Shown in pieces: positions 38,704 through 48,273 of a stretch of 64,000 bases of DNA. The position numbers were made by a program, and so were the translations under genes. Under the pieces are notes generated by a model. That model made no database searches, was not told the origin of the DNA, and saw only the letters and a program-made list of their open reading frames with translations. This DNA is from Corallococcus sp. AS-1-12 (lineage in GTDB: Bacteria; Myxococcota; Myxococcia; Myxococcales; Myxococcaceae). The stretch covers positions 97,433-161,432 of the forward strand of contig NZ_JAIQDD010000010.1 of NCBI RefSeq assembly GCF_020036995.1. The letters run 5' to 3'. Numbering within the stretch: position 1 is the stretch's first letter; the number at the start of each line of letters is the position of its first letter.

Positions 38704-39440
38704 AGCCGAAGAAGGAACGCCTGGACGTGCTGGTGGTGGAGCGCGGGCTCGCCGAGTCTCGCACCAAGGCCCAGGCGCTCATCCTCGCCGGCCAGGTGGT
38801 GGTGGCGGATCAGCGCGTGGACAAGCCCGGCTCCCTGGTCCCCGTGGAGGCCGAGCTGCGCCTCAAGGGCGAGGTGCTGCCGTACGTGTCGCGCGGCGGC
38901 CTCAAGCTGAAGGCGGCCATGGACCGCTTCGGCCTGGACGTGACGGGCCGCGTGGGCGCGGACATCGGCGCCAGCACCGGCGGCTTCACCGACTGCCTGC
39001 TCCAGCACGGCGCGGTGCGGGTGCACGCCATCGACGTGGGCTACGGCCAGCTCCACGAGAAGCTGCGCGTGGACCCGCGCGTGCGCTCCCGCGAGCGCGT
39101 CAACGCGCGCTACCTCACGGACGAGGACCTGCCGGAGAAGGTGGGCGTCGTCGTCATCGACGTGAGCTTCATCTCGCTCACCCAGGTGCTGCCGTCGGTG
39201 CTGCCGTTCCTCTCACCGGGCGGCCTGCTCATCGCCCTGGTGAAGCCCCAGTTCGAGGTGGGCCCGGAGCGCGTGGGCAAGGGCGGCGTGGTGCGCGACC
39301 CGGAGGCGCGCCAGGACGCCATCGACACCGTGACGGCCTTCGTGCGCGAGCACGGGCTCACCGTGCGCGGGGTGATGGACTCACCCGTGCCCGGGCCCGC
39401 CGGCAACGTGGAGGCGCTCCTCGTCGCCGACAGGCCCTGA
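38700..39440 (+). CDS. tlyA: TlyA-family rRNA 2'-O-methyltransferase
   Basis: S4 domain (RLDVLVVERGLAESRTKAQALILAGQV) plus an FtsJ-like MTase (GADIGASTGGFTDCLLQHGA). GTGA overlap with dxs. Confidence 0.85.
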   Translation: MKPKKERLDVLVVERGLAESRTKAQALILAGQVVVADQRVDKPGSLVPVEAELRLKGEVLPYVSRGGLKLKAAMDRFGLDVTGRVGADIGASTGGFTDCLLQHGAVRVHAIDVGYGQLHEKLRVDPRVRSRERVNARYLTDEDLPEKVGVVVIDVSFISLTQVLPSVLPFLSPGGLLIALVKPQFEVGPERVGKGGVVRDPEARQDAIDTVTAFVREHGLTVRGVMDSPVPGPAGNVEALLVADRP

Positions 39441-39449
39441 GGGCCGCCG

Positions 39450-41012
39450 TCACTGCCTGACGGCGCGGTACTCGGGCAGCGTGAGGGCCTGGACCAGGTT
39501 GTTGCCCACGCGCATCCACAGCCGCCCGCCGTCATCCACGGAGCAGGACAGGCTGCTGGAGACCTCGTAGCGGAACAGCTCGCCCTGCTCGGCGGAGTCC
39601 ACCGCGACGATCTCCTGGGGCAGGGCGCCCGCCACGTTCGGGCCGGTGAGCAGGTAGAACTCCGGGCTCGTCGGCAGGCCCAACTGCACCTGGTGGATGC
39701 GCAACTGCCCGGACGCGTCCACGGACGTGCCGCCCTTGTTCATCACCAGGCCGCTCGTCGAGTTCAGGAACCACACGCGCTGGTCTCCAATGGCCGCCAC
39801 CTTCGAGCCGCCATGGAACGGGAGCAGGAAGCGGATGGGCACCGGGAAGGTGGTGCTGGACCAGCGGTACGCGTTGCCCTCGCAGCCCGCGGCCTCCGTG
39901 GAGCAGGCCTCGATGCGCGACTGGTTGTTGGCGAAGTCGAAGGACATGTAGAGCGTGGACCCGTCCACGCTGAACGACGCGGGCGGCGGCGCGCTGATGA
40001 GGCCGTTGTACGTGTAGATGATGCGCGTGCTCACCGGCTGGAGGTCCGCGCTCGTGGCGTTCGCGTCCAGCGTGGCGATCTCGATCTGCAGGGCGTCCCC
40101 GCCGCCCCCCGCGTTGTTCGGGTAGGCCACCAGCACCTGCTGGCCCTTCTCCTTGGGCGGGGTGATGGGCTGCAGCGGCGCGTTCTCGAACGTCCACTGG
40201 AAGGAGCCGCCGGACGCCGTGTGCTTCAGGCGCGACACCGTGTACAGGTCGTTCACCAGCGCGTCGCCGTTGGCCATCACGGACAGGTTCTGCAGCTTGT
40301 ACGTGGGCGCGGTGCGGCCGGTGATGGCGAAGTTGGCGTCCACCGCCACCGCGCCCGTGCCGGGCGTCCACACCCACCGCTTGCCGCTCTGGGCGTTGAC
40401 GCTGGTGATGACCGTCGCGGAGCTGCACGGGATGCCCATCTCCACCGAGTTGCGCACCACGCCCGCCGAGTCCACGCGGAAGAGCGTGCCGGAGCCCGTG
40501 GTGGGGTTGCCGCACCCGATGAAGGCGACGTTCGTGCCGCTGCCCTCGGCGATGAAGAAGTCCGTCACCACCTGGCCGTTGGGGTCCGGATCCTTGATGA
40601 CCTTCGCCACCGGCAGGAACGTGGCCGCCTGCGGCTGGGACACGTTCGTCCGGCCGTCCGCGCACGTCGCCCGCGCGTTGAGCGACAGGCTCGCGGCGAG
40701 CCCGCGGGTGTACTTGATCTCATTCGAGGCCAGCTCGAAGTCCATGGACCCGCTGGTGTAGGCCACGGTCTTCAGGAACGTGTCCCGGTCGTAGATGTCC
40801 ACCCGCGACACGGCGTCACACCCGGACACGATGACCCGCACCGTCAGCGACGGGGCCGCCGTGTTGGGCTGCGGCACGGTGAGCGTCACCGTCGGCGGGT
40901 CCGGAGTGGGGGCCGGCTTCTCACCACCACAGGCGGTGAACACGGAAGCACAGAGGGTCAGCGAGGCCAGGAGGGCCCGCGGCGCGAACGGGCGCGAAGG
41001 GACGGAGTGCAT
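39450..41012 (-). CDS. large secreted lipoprotein (hypothetical)
   Basis: Signal peptide plus lipobox (LASLTLCASVFTACGG). No recognisable motif. The start is taken at the internal Met (MHSVPSRPF). Confidence 0.6.
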   Translation of the reverse strand: MHSVPSRPFAPRALLASLTLCASVFTACGGEKPAPTPDPPTVTLTVPQPNTAAPSLTVRVIVSGCDAVSRVDIYDRDTFLKTVAYTSGSMDFELASNEIKYTRGLAASLSLNARATCADGRTNVSQPQAATFLPVAKVIKDPDPNGQVVTDFFIAEGSGTNVAFIGCGNPTTGSGTLFRVDSAGVVRNSVEMGIPCSSATVITSVNAQSGKRWVWTPGTGAVAVDANFAITGRTAPTYKLQNLSVMANGDALVNDLYTVSRLKHTASGGSFQWTFENAPLQPITPPKEKGQQVLVAYPNNAGGGGDALQIEIATLDANATSADLQPVSTRIIYTYNGLISAPPPASFSVDGSTLYMSFDFANNQSRIEACSTEAAGCEGNAYRWSSTTFPVPIRFLLPFHGGSKVAAIGDQRVWFLNSTSGLVMNKGGTSVDASGQLRIHQVQLGLPTSPEFYLLTGPNVAGALPQEIVAVDSAEQGELFRYEVSSSLSCSVDDGGRLWMRVGNNLVQALTLPEYRAVRQ

Positions 41013-41453
41013 GGTTTCGCACTCTAGCGCGCTCCCTCGGGAAGCGGGCGGGGCCACCTCCCCCGCGCCTTCCCCCGGCTCCCTGATCGCGAGATCCCCT
41101 GAAAACCCCCAGCGGGCGCCTGCCCGCCCGCCCTGCCTCCGGCCGGACGAAGAGGGTGGTATTGGAAGAAAGTGACAGCCTGGCTGTTTTCATGGGATTC
41201 CCGCCTGGCAAGGGCTGGGCGGGCGGTTTCCGGTCACCGGACCGTCACGCGCGTGCGGGATTCCGGAGGAAGAAGGCCGGTCCGGGGTATACGTCGCGCG
41301 CCTTTTCCCACCCCTCTCTCATGAGGAGAGCCCCGTTCATCCGCTGGCCCGCGGACGGGTTAGACGGCATGATCCGGAATCGACCATGACTCCTTTCGCA
41401 CCCAACGGGTTTCCGCGACGTCGTTCCCTGTCTGGGCGGGGCGGAGGCGCGCC

Positions 41454-43967
41454 GTGAGGATCGAGATGTTGTCGTCGGAGCAGCGGGGGCGGGTGCTCGT
41501 GCTCGCGGCGAAGGCCGCGGGTGACGCGTTGGTGGAGCGGCTCACGGCGAGTGGCTACCAGTGCGCCTCCACGGAGCGGGAGACCGGGCTGGCGGAGATG
41601 GTGGATCAGCTCCAGCCGGAGGTGGTGCTCCTGGCCGTGACGGCCAAGCGGGCGGCGGAGCTGCTGGAGACGGTGCGCAAGACGGACAAGCTCCAGCGCC
41701 TGCCGGTGCTGGTGGATCAGGGCCGCGCGCGCTCGGCGGAGGCCTTCAAGCGCCTGGCGGTGGACGACTTCGTGCGCGGCGCGGATGAGCTGGTGCCCCG
41801 GCTGGAGTCCGCCCTGCGCGCCTGGAGGCTCAAGGAGCGCGAGGAGCGCATCCGGATGCGCATGGGGATGCTGCTCGAAATCACCCAGGCGGCCACCAGC
41901 TCGCTGGAGCTGGAGGAGATCCTCCGCATCGCGGTGGAGAAGGTCGGCCAGGTGACGGGCACGGACCGCTGCTCCGTGGTGCTGGTGGAGGGCAGCCACG
42001 CGCGCACGGCCACGGTCGTCGCGACGCAGGAGGACCCCAGCCTCGTCCAACTGGACATCGAGGTGGCGCGCTACCCGGAGCTGCGCCGCGCGCTGGAGAC
42101 GCGGCAGCCCGTGCTGATTGAAGAGGCGCAGCGCGACCCGCTGATGGCGGAGGTGCGCACGTCGCTGTTGCCTCAGGGCGTGAAGTCCATCCTGGTGCAG
42201 CCGCTCATCTGCCAGGACGACCTGCTGGGCGCGCTCTTCCTGCGCGTGTCCAAGGGCGAGGCGTCCATCGGGCGCGACGAGCAGGAGTTCGCGGAGGCGG
42301 TGGCGGGCGTGCTCGCCAACTCCATCCGCAACGCGCGCCTGCACACGGCGGTGAAGAAGAAGCGCGAGGACCTGGAGCTGGCGTACGTGGAGCGCTACCG
42401 CGAGCTCAACGACGCGAACCGCCGCCTCAAGGAGCTCAACCGCCTCAAGGACGAGATCATCGCGGTGTGCAGCCACGACCTGCGCGCGCCGCTCCAGGTG
42501 CTCCTGGGGCACGGCCGGCTGCTCCTGGAAGGGCCGCTGGAGGCGCAGCAGAAGCAGTCCGCGGAGGCGATGATCCGCCAGGGCCGGAAGATCCTCACCC
42601 TGGTCGAGTCCCTGCTGGAGAAGGGCAAGGGCGAGGCGGCGCGCCTGTCCATCGAGCCCCGCGTGCTGGACGTGGCGCAGTTGTGCCGCGACGCCGTGGC
42701 GGAGCTGGAGATCCTGGCGGCGGAGAAGGCCGTGTCGCTGCGCTCCGAGTGCCCCGACAGCCTCATGCTGATCGGCGACGAGGTGAAGTTGCACGAGGTG
42801 CTGCAGAACCTCATCAGCAACGCCATCCAGCACGCCAGCGACCCGGGCGTGGTGGTGGTGCGCACGCAGCGGCTGTCCCGGCCGGACGGCGACGCGGTGC
42901 GCGTGATGGTGAGCGACAACGGCGTGGGCATCCCGCCGGACGAGCTGCACCTCGTCTTCGACCGCTACCGCCACGGGCCCAAGGGCACGGGGCTGGGGCT
43001 GGCCATCTGCAAGGAGTTCGTGGAGCTGCACGGCGGTGAGATCTGGGCGGAGAGCCCGGCGGACGGCGGCTGCACCTTCGTCTTCACGCTGCCCCTGGCG
43101 CAGGAGGCCGCGCGCAACCCCCGGCCGCAGCCCGCGCCCGGCGCCGCCCCCGAGCAGCCGCGCGTGCTGGTGGTGGAGGACGAGCCGGAGATCGCCGCGG
43201 TGCTGTCGGAGGTGCTGCGCTCGAAGTACCGCGTGGAGGTGGCGCGCGACGGCGCGGAGGGCCTGGCGAAGGCACGCGCGTCCCGTCCGGACCTGGTGGT
43301 GATGGACGTGTTCCTGCCCAAGCTGGACGGCCTGGACGCGGCCATGGCGCTCAAGTCCTCGTCGGACACGGCGCACATCCCGGTCATCCTCCTGTCCGCC
43401 CACCAGGGCGTGGCCGACAAGGTCCGCGCGCTCAACCTGGGCGCGGTGGACTACATGGCCAAGCCCTTCAACGCGGTGGAGCTGCTCAACCGCACCGAGC
43501 GCGCGCTCAAGCTGCGCCAGGGTGAGAAGGAGCAGGACACCAAGACGAACTCGCTCCAGCGCCGCACCGGCAGCGACCCCGTGACGGGGCTGCACGACCG
43601 CCGGGGCCTGCTCCTGCGCCTGGAGCAGGAGGTGGCCCGCAGCCGCCGCTACCACCGCGCCCTCACGCTGGCGGTGCTGCGTCCGGACCGCGAGCTGGAG
43701 GTGATGCCCTCCAACATGGGGGACGTGATGCGCAAGCGCGTGCGCCACCCGGACGCCATCGCCCACCTGGGGCAGGGCGTCTTCGCGGTGGTGCTGCCCG
43801 AGTGCAACGCGGACGCGGCGCGCACGGTCATCAACCGCCTGATGCCGGACGTGGAGCAGGTGACCTCCATCGAGTACCGGGCCGCCATGGCGGACGTCAG
43901 CCAGGACAGCGATCCGGTGGAGAAGCTGCTGGAGAAGCTGGGGGCGCCCCCTCCCGAGGTCCACTAG
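41454..43967 (+). CDS. hybrid sensor histidine kinase / response regulator with GAF and a degenerate C-terminal GGDEF-like domain
   Basis: N-terminal receiver-like domain. GAF (DRCSVVLVEG...). HisKA (ICSHDLRAPLQ). HATPase (GLGLAICKEFVELHGGEIWAESP). Receiver (RVLVVEDEPEIA...DVFLPKLDGLD). GGDEF-like region without the GG[DE]EF motif (GQGVF). Confidence 0.85.
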   Translation: MRIEMLSSEQRGRVLVLAAKAAGDALVERLTASGYQCASTERETGLAEMVDQLQPEVVLLAVTAKRAAELLETVRKTDKLQRLPVLVDQGRARSAEAFKRLAVDDFVRGADELVPRLESALRAWRLKEREERIRMRMGMLLEITQAATSSLELEEILRIAVEKVGQVTGTDRCSVVLVEGSHARTATVVATQEDPSLVQLDIEVARYPELRRALETRQPVLIEEAQRDPLMAEVRTSLLPQGVKSILVQPLICQDDLLGALFLRVSKGEASIGRDEQEFAEAVAGVLANSIRNARLHTAVKKKREDLELAYVERYRELNDANRRLKELNRLKDEIIAVCSHDLRAPLQVLLGHGRLLLEGPLEAQQKQSAEAMIRQGRKILTLVESLLEKGKGEAARLSIEPRVLDVAQLCRDAVAELEILAAEKAVSLRSECPDSLMLIGDEVKLHEVLQNLISNAIQHASDPGVVVVRTQRLSRPDGDAVRVMVSDNGVGIPPDELHLVFDRYRHGPKGTGLGLAICKEFVELHGGEIWAESPADGGCTFVFTLPLAQEAARNPRPQPAPGAAPEQPRVLVVEDEPEIAAVLSEVLRSKYRVEVARDGAEGLAKARASRPDLVVMDVFLPKLDGLDAAMALKSSSDTAHIPVILLSAHQGVADKVRALNLGAVDYMAKPFNAVELLNRTERALKLRQGEKEQDTKTNSLQRRTGSDPVTGLHDRRGLLLRLEQEVARSRRYHRALTLAVLRPDRELEVMPSNMGDVMRKRVRHPDAIAHLGQGVFAVVLPECNADAARTVINRLMPDVEQVTSIEYRAAMADVSQDSDPVEKLLEKLGAPPPEVH

Positions 43968-43972
43968 CCCGC

Positions 43973-45859
43973 GTGCGCCCGCTCCCGCTCCTCAGCCGTG
44001 CCGCGGTGATGTGCCTCGCGCTGGCCGCCGGAGGTTCGGGGGCCGCGCCCGCGAGGAGGGCCCCGGCCCCGCACGTCGACCGCGAGGCGATGCGCGAGGC
44101 CATGGACTCGAGCAGCCGCGACGACGAGCCGTCCGCGTCGTCCGCTAGCTACGCGCACTACCTCCAGGCGCGGCTGATGCACCTGGAGGGCAACCACCGG
44201 GCCTCGGTGGACGAGCTGCGGCTGGCGCTCGCCACCGACGACGGCAACCCGACCCTCCTCACCCAGTTGGGCGAGGAGTACGCGCGCCTGGGCGACCTCA
44301 CGCGCGCCGAGCGCGAGCTGCGCCGGGCCGTGGAGAAGGCCCCCACGCACTACGCCGCCCACGTGCTGCTGGGCCGGGTGCTGCTGGAGTCCGGCCGCAC
44401 GGCGCGCGCGAAGCAGCACCTGCGCCGCGCCGTGACGCTGCGCCCCCGCGAGCCGGAGGCGTACCTCGTCCTGTCGCAGTTGTACCTGGACGCGAAGGAC
44501 CCCGACGAGGCGGTGAAGGTGGTGGAGGCGCTGGCCCACGCGCTGCCGGGCGAGGCCTCCGGCTACCGTCGGCTGGGGCTCGTCCTGGCCGAGCGCGGCG
44601 ACGCGCCCCGCGCCGAGCGCCTGCTCGCGAAGGCCGCCGAGCGCGACCCGGGCGACGTGGAGGTGTGGTCCACGCTGGCCCGGCTCTACGAGGGCTCCGG
44701 CCGGCCGAAGGAGGCGGAGGACGCGCTGGCCCGCGCGCTGGAGGCGGATCCGGACAGCCGCGAGGTGCTCCTGTCCGCGGGCCGCGCCGCGCTCAAGGGC
44801 GGGTCGGTGACCCGGGCGCGAGCGTACTTCGACCGGCTGCTGTCGCTCTCCGCGTCGCCGGAGCTGGCCGTGCGCGTGGCCTTCAGCTACCTGGCCTCCG
44901 GAGAGCCCGCCCCCGCGCGGGAGGTGCTGGACGCCGCGCGCAAGGACGCGCCGGATGAGCCCCGGCTGGCGTACTACGCCGGCCTCGTCGCGGAGCGCAC
45001 CCGCCGCTTCTCCGTCGCCGCCCAGGACTTCGCGGGCGTGCCCCCGGACTCGGAGGTGTTCCCGGACGCCCGCGTGCGCCAGGCCCGCTGCCTGTCGCTG
45101 GCGGGAGACCACCCGCGCGCGCTGGCGCTCTACCGCGCGGCCATGTCGGACGCGCCTGACGACGTGGAGGTGCGCGTCGGCTACGCCCGGGCGCTGGAGC
45201 GCGGCGGGGACGCGGCGAGGGCGGAGGGCGTGCTGCGCGAGGCGCTGGCGGGGGAGGGCGGGGCGCTGGCGTATGACGCGCTGGCCAGCCTGCTGGAGCG
45301 CCAGGGCCGGGCTCCGGACGCGCTCGCGCTCCTGCGGGACGCCGTCGCGAAGGCGCCGAGGAACCAGGACCTGCAGTTCGCCCTGGCCACCCTGCTGGAG
45401 CGCCAGGGCGACGTGGCGGGGGCGCTGTCGCGCATGCGGGCGGTGCTCGCGCTGAAGCCGGACCACTCCGCCGCGCTGAACTTCATGGGCTACGTGATGG
45501 CGCAGCGGGGCCGGGACCTGGACCAGGCGGAGCGGCTGGTGCGGCGCGCGCTGGCGCTCCGGCCGGACAACGCGGCCTACGTGGACTCGCTGGGGTGGGT
45601 GCACTACCAGCGCGGTGACGCCCGGAAGGCCGTGGAGGTCCTGGAGCGCGCGGTGGAGCTGTCCCCGGACGACCCCGCCATCCTGGAGCACCTGGGAGAC
45701 GCGTACCTCAAGGCGGGCCGCGCCCCGGAGGCCGTCCGGACCTGGAAGCGCGCGCTGGAGGTGCTGACGCTGGAGCCGGAGGCCGCCGAGCCCGCCAACC
45801 AGCGCACCACCCTGGAGCGCAAGTTGAAGGCGCTACCCTCGACCGCGCCGGGCCGCTAA
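43973..45859 (+). CDS. secreted TPR-repeat protein
   Basis: Signal peptide from GTG 43973 (VRPLPLLSRAAVMCLALAAGGSGA). More than 10 TPR-like repeats. Confidence 0.75.
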   Translation: MRPLPLLSRAAVMCLALAAGGSGAAPARRAPAPHVDREAMREAMDSSSRDDEPSASSASYAHYLQARLMHLEGNHRASVDELRLALATDDGNPTLLTQLGEEYARLGDLTRAERELRRAVEKAPTHYAAHVLLGRVLLESGRTARAKQHLRRAVTLRPREPEAYLVLSQLYLDAKDPDEAVKVVEALAHALPGEASGYRRLGLVLAERGDAPRAERLLAKAAERDPGDVEVWSTLARLYEGSGRPKEAEDALARALEADPDSREVLLSAGRAALKGGSVTRARAYFDRLLSLSASPELAVRVAFSYLASGEPAPAREVLDAARKDAPDEPRLAYYAGLVAERTRRFSVAAQDFAGVPPDSEVFPDARVRQARCLSLAGDHPRALALYRAAMSDAPDDVEVRVGYARALERGGDAARAEGVLREALAGEGGALAYDALASLLERQGRAPDALALLRDAVAKAPRNQDLQFALATLLERQGDVAGALSRMRAVLALKPDHSAALNFMGYVMAQRGRDLDQAERLVRRALALRPDNAAYVDSLGWVHYQRGDARKAVEVLERAVELSPDDPAILEHLGDAYLKAGRAPEAVRTWKRALEVLTLEPEAAEPANQRTTLERKLKALPSTAPGR

Positions 45860-45871
45860 GGTCCCGGGCTC

Positions 45872-46708
45872 ATGGCCCGCCACGACGAAGGCTTCTTCAC
45901 CGGGAAGGACAACACCCGGCTGTTCTGGACGCTGGACCTGCCGGACACGCCCCCCCGCGCGCACGTCGCCATCGTCCATGGCTATGGCGACCACATCGGC
46001 CGCTACCGGCCCGTCATCGACGCGCTGGTGAAGGACGGCTTCGCCGTGCACGGCTTCGACTACCGGGGCCACGGCCGCGCGGACGGCCGGCGCGCCTACG
46101 CCGCGAAGTGGACCGAGTTCCTCGACGACCTGGACGGCTTCTGGCAGCGCGTGCGCAAGGCCGCGGGCAACGAGAAGATCTTCCTGCTCGCCCACAGCCA
46201 CGGCGGCCTGATGGCCGCGCACGCCCTGACCGGGAGGCTGGAGGGGCTCTCCGGCGCCATCCTCTCCGCGCCCTACCTCAAGCTCGCCATCACCCCGCCG
46301 GCCGCGAAGGTGCTCGCCGCGCGCATGGTGGGCTCCGTGGTGCCCTGGATGAAGGTGCCCTCCGGCCTGGCCCCGGACATGCTCAGCACCGACCCGGAGA
46401 TTCAAAAGGCGGTCGGGGCGGACCCGCTGTACGTGCCCTTCGCCACGCCCCGCTGGTTCGTGGAGTCCACGGCCGCCCAGGCGCAGACGCTCTCGCTGGC
46501 GCCGAAGATTCAAGTGCCGCTGTTCGTGCTGTGCGGCCAGGAGGACGGGGTGGCGCTGCCGGCGGCGGCGCGGGCCTTCTTCGAGGCGGCGGGGACGGCG
46601 GACAAGAAGTTCAAGGAGTACCCCGGAATGCGGCATGAGCCGCTCAACGAGCGGGACCGCGCGACGGTGTTCCAGGACATCTCCGGCTGGATCTCCGCGC
46701 ATCTCTGA
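45872..46708 (+). CDS. alpha/beta hydrolase (lysophospholipase / monoacylglycerol lipase-like)
   Basis: HGYGDH oxyanion region and nucleophile elbow (LLAHSHGG). Confidence 0.85.
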   Translation: MARHDEGFFTGKDNTRLFWTLDLPDTPPRAHVAIVHGYGDHIGRYRPVIDALVKDGFAVHGFDYRGHGRADGRRAYAAKWTEFLDDLDGFWQRVRKAAGNEKIFLLAHSHGGLMAAHALTGRLEGLSGAILSAPYLKLAITPPAAKVLAARMVGSVVPWMKVPSGLAPDMLSTDPEIQKAVGADPLYVPFATPRWFVESTAAQAQTLSLAPKIQVPLFVLCGQEDGVALPAAARAFFEAAGTADKKFKEYPGMRHEPLNERDRATVFQDISGWISAHL

Positions 46709-46761
46709 CATAATCAGGTCGCCCCGCTCCCGACGGAGCAGGCGCTGGCGAGGATCACCTC

Positions 46762-47103
46762 ATGGCACAGGGTGAAACGGGCATCATTGGCAAGGGCATC
46801 GTCATCAGGGGCAACCTCACGGGCGGAGGGGACCTGGTCATCGAGGGGCGCGTGGAGGGGCAGATCGCCCTGAAGAACCACCTCACCATCGAGGGCACCG
46901 GCAAGGTGCAAGCGGACATCCGCGCCGAGGAACTGACCATCAACGGCGAGGCGAGCGGCAACATCGACGCCTCCACGCGCGTGGCCATCAACGCCTCGGC
47001 GAAGGTCGCGGGCGACATCAAGGCCCCGCGGGTCATCATCGAGGACGGCGCCGTGTTCAACGGCTCCATCGAGATGGACGTGAAGTTGCCGGACGACATC
47101 TAG
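46762..47103 (+). CDS. bacN: bactofilin
   Basis: Bactofilin (DUF583) beta-helical repeats. First of three tandem bactofilin genes followed by a ParB-like gene. Confidence 0.8.
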   Translation: MAQGETGIIGKGIVIRGNLTGGGDLVIEGRVEGQIALKNHLTIEGTGKVQADIRAEELTINGEASGNIDASTRVAINASAKVAGDIKAPRVIIEDGAVFNGSIEMDVKLPDDI

Positions 47104-47165
47104 CATCCACCGGGGACCGACCCACGGCCCCCCATGCGCACAGCTTCGAGAAGGCGGACACACTC

Positions 47166-47489
47166 ATGGCGAATACGATCATTGGCTCGAGCATCGTCAT
47201 CGACGGAGAGATTTCCGGTGACGAGGACCTGGTCATCCAGGGCACCGTGAAGGGGAAGATCTCCCTCAAGGAGAGCCTCTACGTGGAGGGCTCCGGCGTC
47301 GTCGAGGCGGACATCGAGACGCAGAACGTGGAGATCGCCGGCCGCGTGACGGGCAACATCGCCGCCAGCGACAAGGTGGAGCTGAAGACGGACTGCCGCG
47401 TGGTGGGCGACATCAAGGCCCCGCGCATCCTCATCGCCGACGGTGCCTCCTTCAAGGGCAACGTCGACATGGACATGAAGGAGCGCTGA
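47166..47489 (+). CDS. bacO: bactofilin
   Basis: Bactofilin domain (DLVIQGTVKGKISL...VVGDIKAPRILIADGASFKGNVDM). Confidence 0.8.
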   Translation: MANTIIGSSIVIDGEISGDEDLVIQGTVKGKISLKESLYVEGSGVVEADIETQNVEIAGRVTGNIAASDKVELKTDCRVVGDIKAPRILIADGASFKGNVDMDMKER

Positions 47490-47492
47490 TCC

Positions 47493-48212
47493 GTGGCGAC
47501 CGCGAAGGATCTTGCAGGCAACGCCGTCGACAACACCGTGGTGGGGCCCTCCATCCTCATCAGCGGTCGGCTCACGGGTGACGAGGACCTCACGGTCCGC
47601 GGGCGCGTCGAGGGTGAGCTCACCCTCAGCCGCACCCTCATCGTGGAGCCGTCCGGCGTGGTGAAGGCCAACGTGGCGGTGAAGAACGCCATCGTCAGCG
47701 GCGTGGTGGTGGGCAACATCAACGCCACGGAGAGCGTGGAGCTCACCCGCGAGGGCCGCATGGTGGGCGACATCCGCGCCCCCCGCGTCATCATCGTGGA
47801 CGGGGCCAGCTTCCGCGGCCGCGTGGACATGGGCGACGTGGAACCGGGCCGGCTGCCGTCCGAGCGCCCCGCCGTGGCCCGCCCCCAGGCGGTGACGCGC
47901 CCCACGGTGCGTCCGGGCGCCACCCCGCCGCGTCCTCCGACGCCGCCGGCAGCCCCGCCGCGCGCCGCTCCGACGCCGCCGCCCCCGCCTCCCGCGCGCA
48001 CGCAGCCCGCGACGACGGCGCCGGCCACCGTCGTGGCCCGTCCGTCGGCCAAGCCGCTGCCGCCGCCCCCGCCGCCCGCCGCCACCACGACCCGGGCGCC
48101 GGAGCCTCCGCGTCCGGCCGCCACTGAGCAGGCGAGCAGTGCTGGCGCGCCCGTTCCCCGCGTGATGGGTGCTGGCGCGAAGAAGAAGGTCGTGGTGAAG
48201 AAGTCCCGTTAG
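47493..48212 (+). CDS. bacP: bactofilin with long Pro-rich C-terminal tail
   Basis: Bactofilin domain followed by a ~110-aa Pro/Ala/Thr-rich tail and a [11 protein letters not shown]-terminus. Confidence 0.8.
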   Translation: MATAKDLAGNAVDNTVVGPSILISGRLTGDEDLTVRGRVEGELTLSRTLIVEPSGVVKANVAVKNAIVSGVVVGNINATESVELTREGRMVGDIRAPRVIIVDGASFRGRVDMGDVEPGRLPSERPAVARPQAVTRPTVRPGATPPRPPTPPAAPPRAAPTPPPPPPARTQPATTAPATVVARPSAKPLPPPPPPAATTTRAPEPPRPAATEQASSAGAPVPRVMGAGAKKKVVVKKSR

Positions 48213-48273
48213 AGCCCGCCCGCCGCGCCGTCGTTTCCGGCGGCGCGGGGGTGGAACAACCGGGGGTGCCACC

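Noticed and set aside
39532-41027. overlapping 377-aa (-) and 444-aa (+) ORFs
   Set aside because: Alternative frames and antisense of the 39450-41012 lipoprotein gene. The lipoprotein frame has the signal peptide plus lipobox and balanced composition.
48213-48273. Possible terminator after bacP
   Set aside because: The GC-rich inverted repeat is imperfect and lacks a U-tract. padC is probably co-transcribed.
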